Positions 46,339-56,590 of a stretch of 64,000 nt of DNA are shown here, in pieces. Below the pieces are notes generated by a model. The model saw nothing but the letters and a program-made list of their open reading frames with translations. It had not been told where the DNA came from and ran no database searches. The first letter of the stretch is position 1; the number at the start of each line of letters is the position of its first letter. Origin of the DNA: Candidatus Nomurabacteria bacterium (GTDB taxonomy: Bacteria > Patescibacteriota > WWE3 > UBA101185 > UBA10185); NCBI GenBank assembly GCA_020631855.1, contig JACKGU010000001.1, forward strand, positions 363,118 to 427,117, in the 5' to 3' direction. The translations under genes were made by a program, and so were the position numbers.

Positions 46339-47949
46339 GTGTATATGATATTTGCTATCAGTGTAGTGATTACTTGGGTATATTATTTTTTTCTTTTTCA
46401 GTCATGGGGAATTCTTCTATTACAAATACTCAATAGAAACCACACGTCTAGGAAAGAATACCCCGTGCTTCGTATAACCACCACAAACATTCTAGGCATG
46501 ATATTTCTGACAGCTTTAATTTCAGTATTAAATATTTTTTTTAAAATTGATTTTCCCATTAGACTGCTGGTATCTTTGAACATAGCTATTTTTTATAAAT
46601 CGCTGTATAGAACTGCGCTGATTATAATTTCCGAAATTAAATATTTATTAAAAAATAGACCAGTTTTATTTTGTTTCTTTACAATCCCTGTTTTTCTCCT
46701 CTTAACTTCCTTGTCAATGCCTATACTCACTTACGATACAGGTTTATATCATGCCCAAAGTGTCAAATATATTACTGAATTTAAATTAATTCTAGGATTA
46801 GCGAACATACATTGCAGGCTTGGGTTCAATTCGAATCTATTTGTATTACAAAGTGCCTTAGTAATTATAGATTATAAATACATTATCAATTCCTATTTGA
46901 TACTTCTACTTTCATTAAATACAGTGTTTCATGCAAATAAAAGGAATAAGTCGCTCTTTCTAGCCAATATAGCTTCGATTTGTTTTATATTTTTATTCTT
47001 TTTTTTCAACATAAATGGTTTATCTAATGATGTTTTCGCAACTATTTTAGGCGTCATTTTAATAGATCTTTTACTTACTAATGAAAAAGATTATTCATTT
47101 AATAACCAATTACCCATACTGATTACTTCCTATCTAATAACTATAAAGTTAAGCGCAGTAGTTTTCGGAATTTTAATAATTTATCTGCTGGTTAAAAATA
47201 GGAATAAACTTATATATGGCATGTTACTTTCCGCTTTAATAATTGCACCTTGGCTAGTTAGAAACATAATGATAAGCGGCTACCTTATTTTCCCATATCC
47301 TCAAGTTGATTTATTTAATTTGCAATATAAAGTTCCAAAAGAGACAGCTTATGAAACTTTTTACGATATTAAAAATTGGGCCAGAACAGGTACCACTATG
47401 TCAATGCCATTTATTGAATGGGTAAAGACATGGTCTTCAAATTTTCAATATATAGATATAGTAAGTCTTTTAAGTTTATCGCTGCTTTTTTTAGTTATTT
47501 TTCATATGATTATTTACAATAGAAAAAACCACGATTTTTTGATCTACTGTTGTATTGGAGTTGTTGGTATATTTTTTTGGTTCTTTACAGCACCCGATAC
47601 TAGATTTGGAATGGTATATTTTGTTTACTCAACTTACTTATCTACCTACTATATTTTCAAAAATATACGTAAAAGTAGCGATGTCAAAATAGTGTATACA
47701 TTAACTCTAGTTAGTTATTTTTTAATTTCATTAATATCAGATGTGGGCATATGGAATCAGTATAGAAATGAGAACATAAATTACTATCCTGAGGTATATA
47801 CGGAAAGTTTGAGTAATGGCATCTCCATAAATGTATTGGAAAAAGGAGATCAGTGCTGGTACACACCCCTACCATGCACTTACAAAGTAAATACTGGTTT
47901 AAAATTAATTGGTACCACACTAGAAGATGGATTTAAAATTGATAAATAA
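46339..47949 (+). CDS. AT-rich polytopic membrane protein (about 12 TM; possible GT-C/O-antigen-polymerase-like)
   Basis: 536 aa, extremely Phe/Ile/Leu/Asn-rich and very low GC, with a C-terminal soluble tail. The functional family is not resolved. Confidence 0.5.
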   Translation: MYMIFAISVVITWVYYFFLFQSWGILLLQILNRNHTSRKEYPVLRITTTNILGMIFLTALISVLNIFFKIDFPIRLLVSLNIAIFYKSLYRTALIIISEIKYLLKNRPVLFCFFTIPVFLLLTSLSMPILTYDTGLYHAQSVKYITEFKLILGLANIHCRLGFNSNLFVLQSALVIIDYKYIINSYLILLLSLNTVFHANKRNKSLFLANIASICFIFLFFFFNINGLSNDVFATILGVILIDLLLTNEKDYSFNNQLPILITSYLITIKLSAVVFGILIIYLLVKNRNKLIYGMLLSALIIAPWLVRNIMISGYLIFPYPQVDLFNLQYKVPKETAYETFYDIKNWARTGTTMSMPFIEWVKTWSSNFQYIDIVSLLSLSLLFLVIFHMIIYNRKNHDFLIYCCIGVVGIFFWFFTAPDTRFGMVYFVYSTYLSTYYIFKNIRKSSDVKIVYTLTLVSYFLISLISDVGIWNQYRNENINYYPEVYTESLSNGISINVLEKGDQCWYTPLPCTYKVNTGLKLIGTTLEDGFKIDK

Positions 47950-48185
47950 TCCCATTGAAATATATTTAATATTTTCAGATGTAATAAGGAAACTTTCAGA
48001 ATATAGTATGGGATTTTTTTAAACACTCCTACAAACAGGTACTACAACTAAACCTTATAGCTAGAGGATTGATAGGATTTTAAGCAGGCGTTGTAGTATA
48101 AACAATTGTTATTTGCGAATTAGTATTATAAGTCAAGAGATAATAACAAAAAAATATAGATAAAAAGGTAGTATATAATACTTAT

Positions 48186-48947
48186 ATGAAAAAGCTTGTA
48201 ATAGTTGCGGATGATTTTGGAACCCTACCCTCAATAAATAGCGGGATAAGTTTCTTATATAAAAATATACCGACACTTGAAATTTCAATGGTTACTAAAG
48301 CGAAATACTCAAAAGAGGCGGCAACCATGGTGAAAGAGCAAAGTATTCAAAACATTGGTATACATATGGAATTGTTAGGCTTAGAAGATCTAGGTAGACC
48401 AGTTACTGCAAAAGATTACATCAAACTATTTAAAGAAAAAACTTATGAGGAGATTGAAAAAATTGCTTCAGAGGAACTAAAGGCTTTTGAAACAACTATT
48501 GGCAAGCCACCAACACATATTACATCACACAAAGGAATTCATGGAAACTTCAAGCTCTTGAATTTTATTATTGCATATGCAAAAGAAAAAAATATCCCAA
48601 TTAGAAAACCAGTTACTGCTTTAAATGTTGAATTGGGAAACCAAAATTATGCGGCAGAGATTTCTTTATCCAGGGCTAAATTAAAATCAACAAATTATCT
48701 TTTTGCCCATATGTTGGGAAATAACCTAGACAAAATTAAAAACGCATTCATAACAGACCTTGAAAAAGTAAATGAGGGGGAGACAGCTGAAATAGTAATA
48801 CACCCTGCATTTTTTGATGAAAGATTATTAAATTATTCATCATTAAATTATTTACGCACAAGAGATATAGATTTATTTACAGATCAAAATTTTATAGACC
48901 AAATAAAAAAAATGGGGTTTAAATTTTGTACTTACAAACAAATATGA
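48186..48947 (+). CDS. YdjC/ChbG-family carbohydrate deacetylase-like protein
   Basis: N-terminal VIVADDFGTLPSINSGI matches the YdjC motif ADDFG..xxxNxGI. Confidence 0.6.
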   Translation: MKKLVIVADDFGTLPSINSGISFLYKNIPTLEISMVTKAKYSKEAATMVKEQSIQNIGIHMELLGLEDLGRPVTAKDYIKLFKEKTYEEIEKIASEELKAFETTIGKPPTHITSHKGIHGNFKLLNFIIAYAKEKNIPIRKPVTALNVELGNQNYAAEISLSRAKLKSTNYLFAHMLGNNLDKIKNAFITDLEKVNEGETAEIVIHPAFFDERLLNYSSLNYLRTRDIDLFTDQNFIDQIKKMGFKFCTYKQI

Positions 48948-49768
48948 ACACAAAAATAACAAAAAAAAGAGTGGTATTTACGCTACATGATTTTGGAAAG
49001 TCTTTCTCTGTAAACGATGGGATTGTGTTTGCAATGAATCATGCTGAAAACATAGCAACACAGTATTCATTATTACCTAACGGCATTGCAAGCAACCAAG
49101 CCGCGCAAATCGCAAGAGAAAGAACCGATCTGTCTTTTGACTTGTGTTTTACTTTTACCGATTTCAAACCAATAGGTAAAGGGTACAAAACACTAACAGA
49201 CTCAGATGGGTACTTCTTAAAAGCAAACACCGCACAATGGGACTTTTCTGTTTTAGACAATTATAATTCTTACGAGATAGAGAAAGAGATTGAAGAACAA
49301 TATGAGTGGTTTCTAACTAATGTAGGAAGAAAACCTACGGCGCTAACAACCCAGAAATCAGAACATGGGGACCCTAAGATTTTAATACCAATAACAGACC
49401 TTGCAAAAAAAGAAAATATTCCGTTAAGAACTCCGGCGTGGCAATGGTTTAGTAATTATGCGGCGCAGTCGTATGTGGAAGACCTTGGCTTGACATTCTC
49501 TAACAGTGTTTTTGTGGCAACCAAAGACTGGAAGGGCGAACATGGATATAGCTTGGAAGAAGATGTTGACTTACTGATATCTGATATAAAAAATACAGAA
49601 GGCATTTCAGAAATAGTTGTACTGGCTGGTTTTGTGGATCAGGAACTATTCGACATGAGTTCTGTAAGTTGGCAAAGAGGAGAATACCTTAATCTACTAG
49701 TAAGAAAGCCTGAAATCTTAAAAAGATACGCCACTGAGTTTGATATTATAAGTTATTCGAAAATATAG
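48926..49768 (+). CDS. divergent YdjC-family paralog (ADDFG changed to LHDFG)
   Basis: VVFTLHDFGKSFSVNDGIVFAM parallels the upstream paralog; the two genes are tandem and overlap. Confidence 0.45.
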   Translation: MYLQTNMNTKITKKRVVFTLHDFGKSFSVNDGIVFAMNHAENIATQYSLLPNGIASNQAAQIARERTDLSFDLCFTFTDFKPIGKGYKTLTDSDGYFLKANTAQWDFSVLDNYNSYEIEKEIEEQYEWFLTNVGRKPTALTTQKSEHGDPKILIPITDLAKKENIPLRTPAWQWFSNYAAQSYVEDLGLTFSNSVFVATKDWKGEHGYSLEEDVDLLISDIKNTEGISEIVVLAGFVDQELFDMSSVSWQRGEYLNLLVRKPEILKRYATEFDIISYSKI

Positions 49769-49961
49769 TTCCAGATTTTTTAACTGTCAGAAATCCTGCT
49801 GGTATTTTCTGGGCCATATAGTAGTAATTTATCTACTTGTATTCATAAGAGTCGTAAGTTAAGTCAAAAAGCAATAACTTCTCCATAGCTATACCTCTGG
49901 GGCACCATACTAAGTCAGATAAACATCGGGCCTCTGCCCTAAATTGTAGTGAAGGAGAGCA

Positions 49962-49990
49962 TTGACAACGCAAAATTGTACAACTATTAT
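49962..49990 (+). promoter_or_regulatory. sigma70-type promoter (-35 TTGACA, 17-nt spacer, -10 TATTAT) predicting a leaderless mRNA for the FG-GAP gene
   Basis: TTGACA at 49962-49967 and TATTAT at 49985-49990. The ATG at 49999 lies 8 nt after the -10, and there is no SD between them. Confidence 0.4.
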
Positions 49991-49998
49991 TTGATATA

Positions 49999-51834
49999 AT
50001 GCAAAAAAATGCAAAAGTTCTTTCCATTATAATTTCTGTCACTTTAATTTTTAATTTTTTCCTTCAGCCAATGGCGGCTTTCGAACAAAATACCAGCTTG
50101 GCCGACTCCGACGCATCTTTTGCAGCAAACGTTCTTGGAGATAATGTTGGGAATGCCCTATCAAGCGCAGGAGATGTAAACGGGGACGGTTATGACGACT
50201 TTCTATTAGGCGTACGTTACGGCGGGGATATAGAGGCCGGCGCAGTTTATCTGATACTAGGAAAGGCAGAGGGCTGGGCTATGGGAGCAGATATAGACGA
50301 TGCAGACGCTTCTTTTGAAGGCGAAGAAGCTTACGACAACGCTGGATACTCAATCGCCGGCGCAGGAGATGTAAACAACGATGGTTATGACGATTTCTTA
50401 ATCGGTGCCCCAGATGCTGATTCCGGACTAGGTAAAACGTATCTGATTCTTGGTAAAGAAGAGGGTTGGGCTATGGAAACAAGCCTAGCTGACGCAGACG
50501 CTTCTTTTGTGGGAGAGTACGAATCTGATTACTCGGGCTCCTCAGTCTCCGGAGCAGGCGATGTAAACAACGATGGTTATGACGATTTCTTAATCGGTGT
50601 CTCAGATGCTGATTCCGGAATAGGTAAAACGTATCTGATTCTTGGTAAAGAAGAGGGTTGGGCTATGGAAACAAGCCTAGCTGACGCAGACGCTTCTTTT
50701 GTGGGAGAGTACGAATCTGATTACTCGGGCTTCTCAGTATCCGGAGCAGGTGATGTAAACAACGATGGTTATGACGATTTCTTAATCGGTGCCCCAGATG
50801 CTGACTCAGAAACAGGAGAAACATATCTGATTCTTGGTAAGGACGAAGGCTGGGCAGCAGAAACAAGCCTGGCTGATGCAGACGCTTCTTTTGTGGGAGA
50901 GTACGAATCTGATTACTCGGGCTTCTCAGTCTCCGGAGCAGGTGATGTAAACAACGATGGTTATGACGATTTCTTAATCGGTGCCCCAGATGCTGACTCA
51001 GAAACAGGAGAAATATATCTGATTCTTGGTAAAGAAGGGAGTTGGGCTATGGAAACAAGCCTAGCTGACGCAGACGCTTCTTTTGAAGGCGAAGAAGCTT
51101 ACGACAGCGCTGGATACTCAATCGCCGGCGCAGGAGATGTAAACGATGATGGCTATGATGATTTTCTATTAGGATCTCCGTGGTATAACGAAACAGAGGA
51201 CGCATACGAAGGAAAATCCTATTTAATACTGGGCAAAGAAGGGGGTTGGGCTATGGAAACAAGCCTGGCTGACGCAGACGCTTCTTTTATAGGAGAATAC
51301 ATATACGATTATTCAGGGCAAGCAGTCTCGGGTGCAGGAGATGTGAACGGGGATGGCGCAGATGACATACTTATAGGGGCTCCCGGAGATGGTGAAGATG
51401 AAAACCTATACGGAAGGGTGTATCTACTACTAGGCACTCCTTCGGAAGAGGATCCCTCCGAGGACATAATAACTAACGATAACAACAACCCCACCCCAAA
51501 AAACACATTCAAAAAAGATGCCAAATGCCGATGGCAAGATCCTAACGAACTCACGTGGGTTTTGCTAGAACCAATGGACAAAAACGGAGTGTCAGGAATC
51601 AATCTTACATGGGTACAGTATGGTGCCGATAAAATTAATATTAAAATAGACGACGGCACAGGCAGCTACCCCTGGAATATAACAGAAATTTCAAACGATG
51701 GGCAAGAGTTTCTTCCAAACGTATTTGCATGGCAAAATATAAAAGTGCAGGCGGTGAACCACTGTAACAAAGGTAAGTGGAGCCAAGAATTTTCTTACAC
51801 TTCCTATCCTGAGGGCTGGTATAACGTTAAGTAG
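49999..51834 (+). CDS. FG-GAP repeat (integrin-alpha-like 7-bladed beta-propeller) secreted protein with C-terminal beta-sandwich domain
   Basis: Signal peptide; seven repeats of GDVN(G/N)DGYDDFLIGAP...YLILGKEEGW...ADADASF. Confidence 0.75.
   Translation: MQKNAKVLSIIISVTLIFNFFLQPMAAFEQNTSLADSDASFAANVLGDNVGNALSSAGDVNGDGYDDFLLGVRYGGDIEAGAVYLILGKAEGWAMGADIDDADASFEGEEAYDNAGYSIAGAGDVNNDGYDDFLIGAPDADSGLGKTYLILGKEEGWAMETSLADADASFVGEYESDYSGSSVSGAGDVNNDGYDDFLIGVSDADSGIGKTYLILGKEEGWAMETSLADADASFVGEYESDYSGFSVSGAGDVNNDGYDDFLIGAPDADSETGETYLILGKDEGWAAETSLADADASFVGEYESDYSGFSVSGAGDVNNDGYDDFLIGAPDADSETGEIYLILGKEGSWAMETSLADADASFEGEEAYDSAGYSIAGAGDVNDDGYDDFLLGSPWYNETEDAYEGKSYLILGKEGGWAMETSLADADASFIGEYIYDYSGQAVSGAGDVNGDGADDILIGAPGDGEDENLYGRVYLLLGTPSEEDPSEDIITNDNNNPTPKNTFKKDAKCRWQDPNELTWVLLEPMDKNGVSGINLTWVQYGADKINIKIDDGTGSYPWNITEISNDGQEFLPNVFAWQNIKVQAVNHCNKGKWSQEFSYTSYPEGWYNVK
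50173..51400 (+). repeat. seven tandem 192-bp intragenic repeats (FG-GAP blades); units 2-5 nearly identical at nucleotide level
   Basis: GATGTAAAC recurs at 50173, 50368, 50560, 50752, 50944, 51136 and 51340. Units 50368-51135 are more than 90% identical. Confidence 0.7.
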
Positions 51835-51919
51835 AAACATAAAAGTTACACTTAAAAGTTCGAGAAATAGGCACGGACAAACAATACTCCCCAACAACCT
51901 TATAGTGTAAAATAAAAAA

Positions 51920-53116
51920 ATGAATATATCTTTGGAGAATCAGATTAAAAACTATATTGACCTGCTAGACATTCCTGCTGAAAGATTACAAAAAAGCGGC
52001 TATTCGAAAGAGAACCTTGCGCAAGAATTACTTAAAAAATTGGAAGAGATTAAGAGCGAACTTTTAGAAGTAGATAAAAAACTTAGCAAGAAAATAAATG
52101 TAGCCATAATATTTGCGATGTGGGGAGAGCAAAACCGACTGATGCCAAAATCTTCCAGCAATCCTTCAGGCGAAAATGCGCTTCGAGAAAAATATAATCA
52201 ACTTAGCGGTCTTTTTGAAAATACAAAAAACTTTTCATGGACACTTTATCCTGTAGACGATGGGTGCCCTCATGACAGCTTTGGTGTTGCACAGAAGATT
52301 GTCGCTCAGAATAAGCTAGAAGACCATGTAAAAGTTATTGCTCTGCAAGAAGGGGTAGATAAATCTTTTAAAGGCCTGTCCTCGGTAGACGAATCAAGAA
52401 AAGGCGGCTCAATAGCTTATGGAGCCTCGAGGGCGATTGAGGATGGCGCAAATATAATAATCTATACAGACACCGACCTGTCAGTTCACTTAGGACAAGC
52501 CGGCCTATTATTAACTGCTCTCCTGACCAACCCATCTCTTGTAGCGGCAATTGGAGACAGAAATCTTCCGGGCTCAATTAAAATAAAGGACGGAGTAAGG
52601 TGGGGTAAGGGCGTAAAGTTTTTTAGACACATACAAAGAATGGTGGGTAAAGAAATATTTTCAATAGGCATCACAGACACCCAAGCGGCTTTTAAAGCTT
52701 TTACTGCTAAGGCGGTTAAAGAGCTAATAGCTAAACAAAAACAATTTGACTTCGCCTTTGACACAGACTGGCTGCTTAATACAATTCAAACTTTCGGCCA
52801 AAGTTCTATTAAGCAGGTGCCGGTTGTTTTTATCGACTCCGACCGCGAATCGACATCAATACAGCAGGAAGCAGACTACCCGGGCATGAAAACATGGGAA
52901 CAGTTACTAAAAGGCATAACTCAAACCGTAAGTTCCAACCCTAACACACTGGATAAAGATTTAGTTGAGACAATTATGGGGCTGGATGCCTTGAAACTCG
53001 CAAAACTAGTTACAATAGTGCCCCCTCAGTTAGAAAATGTACGAAACGAGGATCTTGGAAAAATAGAAACAATGTCTCCAAAGGATATAGTAAGATTTAT
53101 AAAGGAGCATGAATAA
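51920..53116 (+). CDS. GT-A fold glycosyltransferase (GT2-like)
   Basis: VAIIFAMWGEQNRL, a DxD-like IIIYTDTDLS motif, and ITDTQAAFKAF. Confidence 0.5.
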   Translation: MNISLENQIKNYIDLLDIPAERLQKSGYSKENLAQELLKKLEEIKSELLEVDKKLSKKINVAIIFAMWGEQNRLMPKSSSNPSGENALREKYNQLSGLFENTKNFSWTLYPVDDGCPHDSFGVAQKIVAQNKLEDHVKVIALQEGVDKSFKGLSSVDESRKGGSIAYGASRAIEDGANIIIYTDTDLSVHLGQAGLLLTALLTNPSLVAAIGDRNLPGSIKIKDGVRWGKGVKFFRHIQRMVGKEIFSIGITDTQAAFKAFTAKAVKELIAKQKQFDFAFDTDWLLNTIQTFGQSSIKQVPVVFIDSDRESTSIQQEADYPGMKTWEQLLKGITQTVSSNPNTLDKDLVETIMGLDALKLAKLVTIVPPQLENVRNEDLGKIETMSPKDIVRFIKEHE

Positions 53117-54632
53117 ATATTTAAAAACAGCGGCAGGCTTATACTCAAGACCTGTATCAAAAATAAGCAGAATAAAAATTATTAATATACTTATTATAAT
53201 TTCGCTGCTCTTTTTTGGAGGTTTTTTAAGATTTTCAAACTTAGGGTATTCAGAATTTCAAGATGATGAGAAGAAAGCAGTTGTAAGAAAAATAAACGGA
53301 GAAACAACAGCTGAATTTTTACTTAACCAAAGAAAGGGGCCTCTGCAATTTGCTGTTACCTCAGCTACACTCCTTATTAATCAAAATAAAAGCGAGCTGG
53401 TTTTAAGAGCTCCCTTCACTTTTCTAAACCTTCTGTCCATAGTCGTTGTTTATTTTCTATTAAAAGAAATCACCGGCTCCAAAACCGCAGGATTTTTTGG
53501 AGCGTTCATCTTTTTGACAAACGGTTTTATAGTGGGTTTTTCCAGAATAGCGCAATACCAAAACTTAAATATATTCTTCTCTTTGTTATCATTACTTTTT
53601 TATAGAAATCTTGTCACAAAACAAACAAAACTTGCACTTTATTCGGTTCTTGGAACAATTTGCTTTTCCTTATCTGTCTTAGCACACTGGGATGCAGTTT
53701 TTTTTATTGTACCAATCGTCTACTTTTACATTGTATTTTTAATAAGGAAAGATATAACGAAACGAAGTAAATTGATTATTACCAGTATAAATTTTCTAGC
53801 TGGAAGCTTTGTTATACTACCTTTTCTTCTACCCTATTTAAATAATCTGTCAGCAAACTCAGGAAACTTAGAATACTTTGACAAAAGAATGGGACTACTC
53901 GCCTACCCTTTAAGCAGGCATAAATATATTTTTGAACTATATAATCCGTTTTATGCGCTATATTTTATTGGGGCATTAAGTGCTATAGCAATTTTTAAAA
54001 TTAAACAGAGCTGGCCTTATATGATGTGGCTGATCATAAATTTTGCGGGGATTTTTATATTCATGGAAAAACCCGGAACACATATTTATAACTACTTTAT
54101 ACCCGCGATTTTTCTTACAAGTTTTGGAATAAGCGCGCTTGCTAAAAATAAACACATTTTTATTCTTTTCCTTCTGCCCCTAGCACTGTCGGTATCATTT
54201 TTATACTTACAATCATATAAAATATTTGTTGATCATAAACAAGAGTATCCTTGGGATAGTAAAACAATAATCACTCTTTTTGGTACTAAATACGACACCA
54301 AAATTTATGACGATAAAGAAGTACTAACTTTTGGATTCCCTCATTTCAGAAATTGGAAAGAGGTGAACGAAATAATTAAGTCTGACAAGGATGGGTGTTC
54401 ATATATTACAAACGAGGGAAAAGAAATTTCACAAATATATGTTGAAGAGAAATACGGTATTCTAAACTCGAGGAGATGCTACTATATAGTTCAAGTTGTT
54501 AAACCTTTTATTACAAGGGGTAACGGGGCTAAGTTTGCTAAAATCTCGGGAAAGTCTCCGGTGTATACCTATAAAAAAGACGGCGAAACGCTTTTAAAAA
54601 TGTACAGGATCGATAATAAAAACTTTAAATAA
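53109..54632 (+). CDS. GT-C membrane glycosyltransferase (PMT/ArnT GT39/83-like)
   Basis: About 11 TM helices; a first extracytoplasmic loop with the acidic motif SEFQDDEKK; a C-terminal soluble domain. It overlaps the upstream GT-A gene. Confidence 0.5.
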   Translation: MNKYLKTAAGLYSRPVSKISRIKIINILIIISLLFFGGFLRFSNLGYSEFQDDEKKAVVRKINGETTAEFLLNQRKGPLQFAVTSATLLINQNKSELVLRAPFTFLNLLSIVVVYFLLKEITGSKTAGFFGAFIFLTNGFIVGFSRIAQYQNLNIFFSLLSLLFYRNLVTKQTKLALYSVLGTICFSLSVLAHWDAVFFIVPIVYFYIVFLIRKDITKRSKLIITSINFLAGSFVILPFLLPYLNNLSANSGNLEYFDKRMGLLAYPLSRHKYIFELYNPFYALYFIGALSAIAIFKIKQSWPYMMWLIINFAGIFIFMEKPGTHIYNYFIPAIFLTSFGISALAKNKHIFILFLLPLALSVSFLYLQSYKIFVDHKQEYPWDSKTIITLFGTKYDTKIYDDKEVLTFGFPHFRNWKEVNEIIKSDKDGCSYITNEGKEISQIYVEEKYGILNSRRCYYIVQVVKPFITRGNGAKFAKISGKSPVYTYKKDGETLLKMYRIDNKNFK

Positions 54633-54667
54633 CCAGCCACCGCCAACTTTACGCAGGTAAGCCGCTA

Positions 54668-56482
54668 TTATTTCCTTCGTGCGGCCCTGACACGCTGAGT
54701 GGTATCTAATATTTTCTTTCTTAAACGCAGGCTTTTTGGTGTAATCTCAAGAAGTTCATCTTCTTCAAGAAAACTTAAGCTTTGTTCTAAACTCATGTTT
54801 TGAGGAGGAGCTATTGTGATAGCCTCCTCGCCCAAAGACCTGACATTACTTAAAGCTTTACCTTTACAAACATTAATTTCCAAGTCTTTATCTCTACTGT
54901 TAAGGCCTACTATCATGCCTGTGTACACATCTGTACCGGGACCCACAAAAGTTATTCCATTATCTTGAGCTACTCTTAGGCCGTAGACAGTGGTTGACCC
55001 CGTATCGGAAGATATTAATACGCCCTTACGCAACTTATCCATACCTGCCGACATTTTTTGGTATCTTAGAAAAATAGTGTTTACAACAGCTGTGCCTTTT
55101 GTCTGCGTACTTAAAACTCCTACTAAACCAATAATGCTTTTGGTCGGAAGTTCAAATATCATTCGGGCGGTATTTGAGCCTAAATCTTCTTGAAAAACCT
55201 GTATTCCGCGCCTCCGGCCAAGTTCGCTTTTAACAGCACCGTCATAATCATTAGCAACATCAATTGTAACTTCTTCTATAGGTTCCATAACTACCCCATC
55301 CACTACCTTTGTTATAACCCTAGGCTGCCCAACCTCAAGCTCGTACCCTTCGCGCCTCAAAGTCTCTAAAAACACGGAGATGTGCAATTCCCCTCGTCCC
55401 GAAACAACATACTGCCCGGAAGAATCGATATTAAATTTCATGGCAATGTTTGTTTGTATCTCTTTCTCAATGCGAGCTAAAATTTGCCTACTATTGACAA
55501 AATCCCCCTCTCTTCCTTTAAAGGGAGACGTATTAGCTCCTATGGATACACTTAAAGTTGGTTCCTCTAAGTCAAGGTCCGGCAATCTTTCTGGGGAGGA
55601 CGGATCAGCAAGAGTATCTCCTATATCTGCATTTTTAATACCGGATATTGCCACTATATCCCCCGCCTTGCCTTCTTCAATATCAACTCTTTTTAATCCT
55701 TCTGTCATATAAACCTTATCTACAACACAATCTTCTTGAGAACCGTCATGTTTCAGCAACAACACTTTCTGACCCGCAACAACCTTGCCTCTATTAATTC
55801 TTCCCAAAGCATATTTCCCTTTATGGGTATCCCACGCCAGTGTTGTCACCTGAATTTGAAAAGGCCCTGTCGGATCTAAATTCGGCTCCGGGATAAAAGA
55901 TAAAATCGCATCAAAAACCGGAGACAGATCTGCTGGTAACGAAGGGTCGTCGGGTATTTTGGTCCATGCTTTGGCCTCACGACCAATTGCATATATTATA
56001 GGGAATTCCAGTTGACTCTCGTCGGTAGCTAGATCAAGGAATAAATCATAAACCCTCCCCACTGTATGATCTATATCAGCGTCGCGTTTGTCTATTTTAT
56101 TAACAACTACTATAGTTTTCAATCCCAACCCTAAGGCTTTTTTCAAAACAAATTTTGTTTGTGGCATAGGGCCTTCTTGAGCATCTACCAGAAGCAGGGC
56201 ACCGTCTGCCATATTTAAAGTTCTCTCAACTTCTCCCGCAAAGTCCGCATGGCCGGGAGTATCTATAATATTTATTTTTACACCTTTATATTTTACGGAA
56301 GTGTTTTTAGCCAATATTGTTATACCACGCTCTCGCTCCTGCTCATTGGTATCCATAATCAAATCCTGAGTCATGTAAGACTCGTGTTCTTGAAAAGTCT
56401 TGGATTGCTTTAATAAACCGTCAACTAGTGTGGTTTTTCCGTGGTCCACGTGTGCAATTATGGCTATATTTCTTAAATTCAT
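54668..56482 (-). CDS. typA: translational GTPase BipA/TypA
   Basis: G1 AHVDHGKTT, DTPGHADF and NKID, domain order as in EF-G/LepA, 604 aa. Confidence 0.85.
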   Translation of the reverse strand: MNLRNIAIIAHVDHGKTTLVDGLLKQSKTFQEHESYMTQDLIMDTNEQERERGITILAKNTSVKYKGVKINIIDTPGHADFAGEVERTLNMADGALLLVDAQEGPMPQTKFVLKKALGLGLKTIVVVNKIDKRDADIDHTVGRVYDLFLDLATDESQLEFPIIYAIGREAKAWTKIPDDPSLPADLSPVFDAILSFIPEPNLDPTGPFQIQVTTLAWDTHKGKYALGRINRGKVVAGQKVLLLKHDGSQEDCVVDKVYMTEGLKRVDIEEGKAGDIVAISGIKNADIGDTLADPSSPERLPDLDLEEPTLSVSIGANTSPFKGREGDFVNSRQILARIEKEIQTNIAMKFNIDSSGQYVVSGRGELHISVFLETLRREGYELEVGQPRVITKVVDGVVMEPIEEVTIDVANDYDGAVKSELGRRRGIQVFQEDLGSNTARMIFELPTKSIIGLVGVLSTQTKGTAVVNTIFLRYQKMSAGMDKLRKGVLISSDTGSTTVYGLRVAQDNGITFVGPGTDVYTGMIVGLNSRDKDLEINVCKGKALSNVRSLGEEAITIAPPQNMSLEQSLSFLEEDELLEITPKSLRLRKKILDTTQRVRAARRK

Positions 56483-56590
56483 GCGGAGTGATTATACATA
56501 AATAAAGAGAAAATACATAACAACTGGACCAAAAAACTTTTAACATGGTCGGGTTTTGCCCCCGGCCTTGAAGCAATAGAATAGTCTGTG

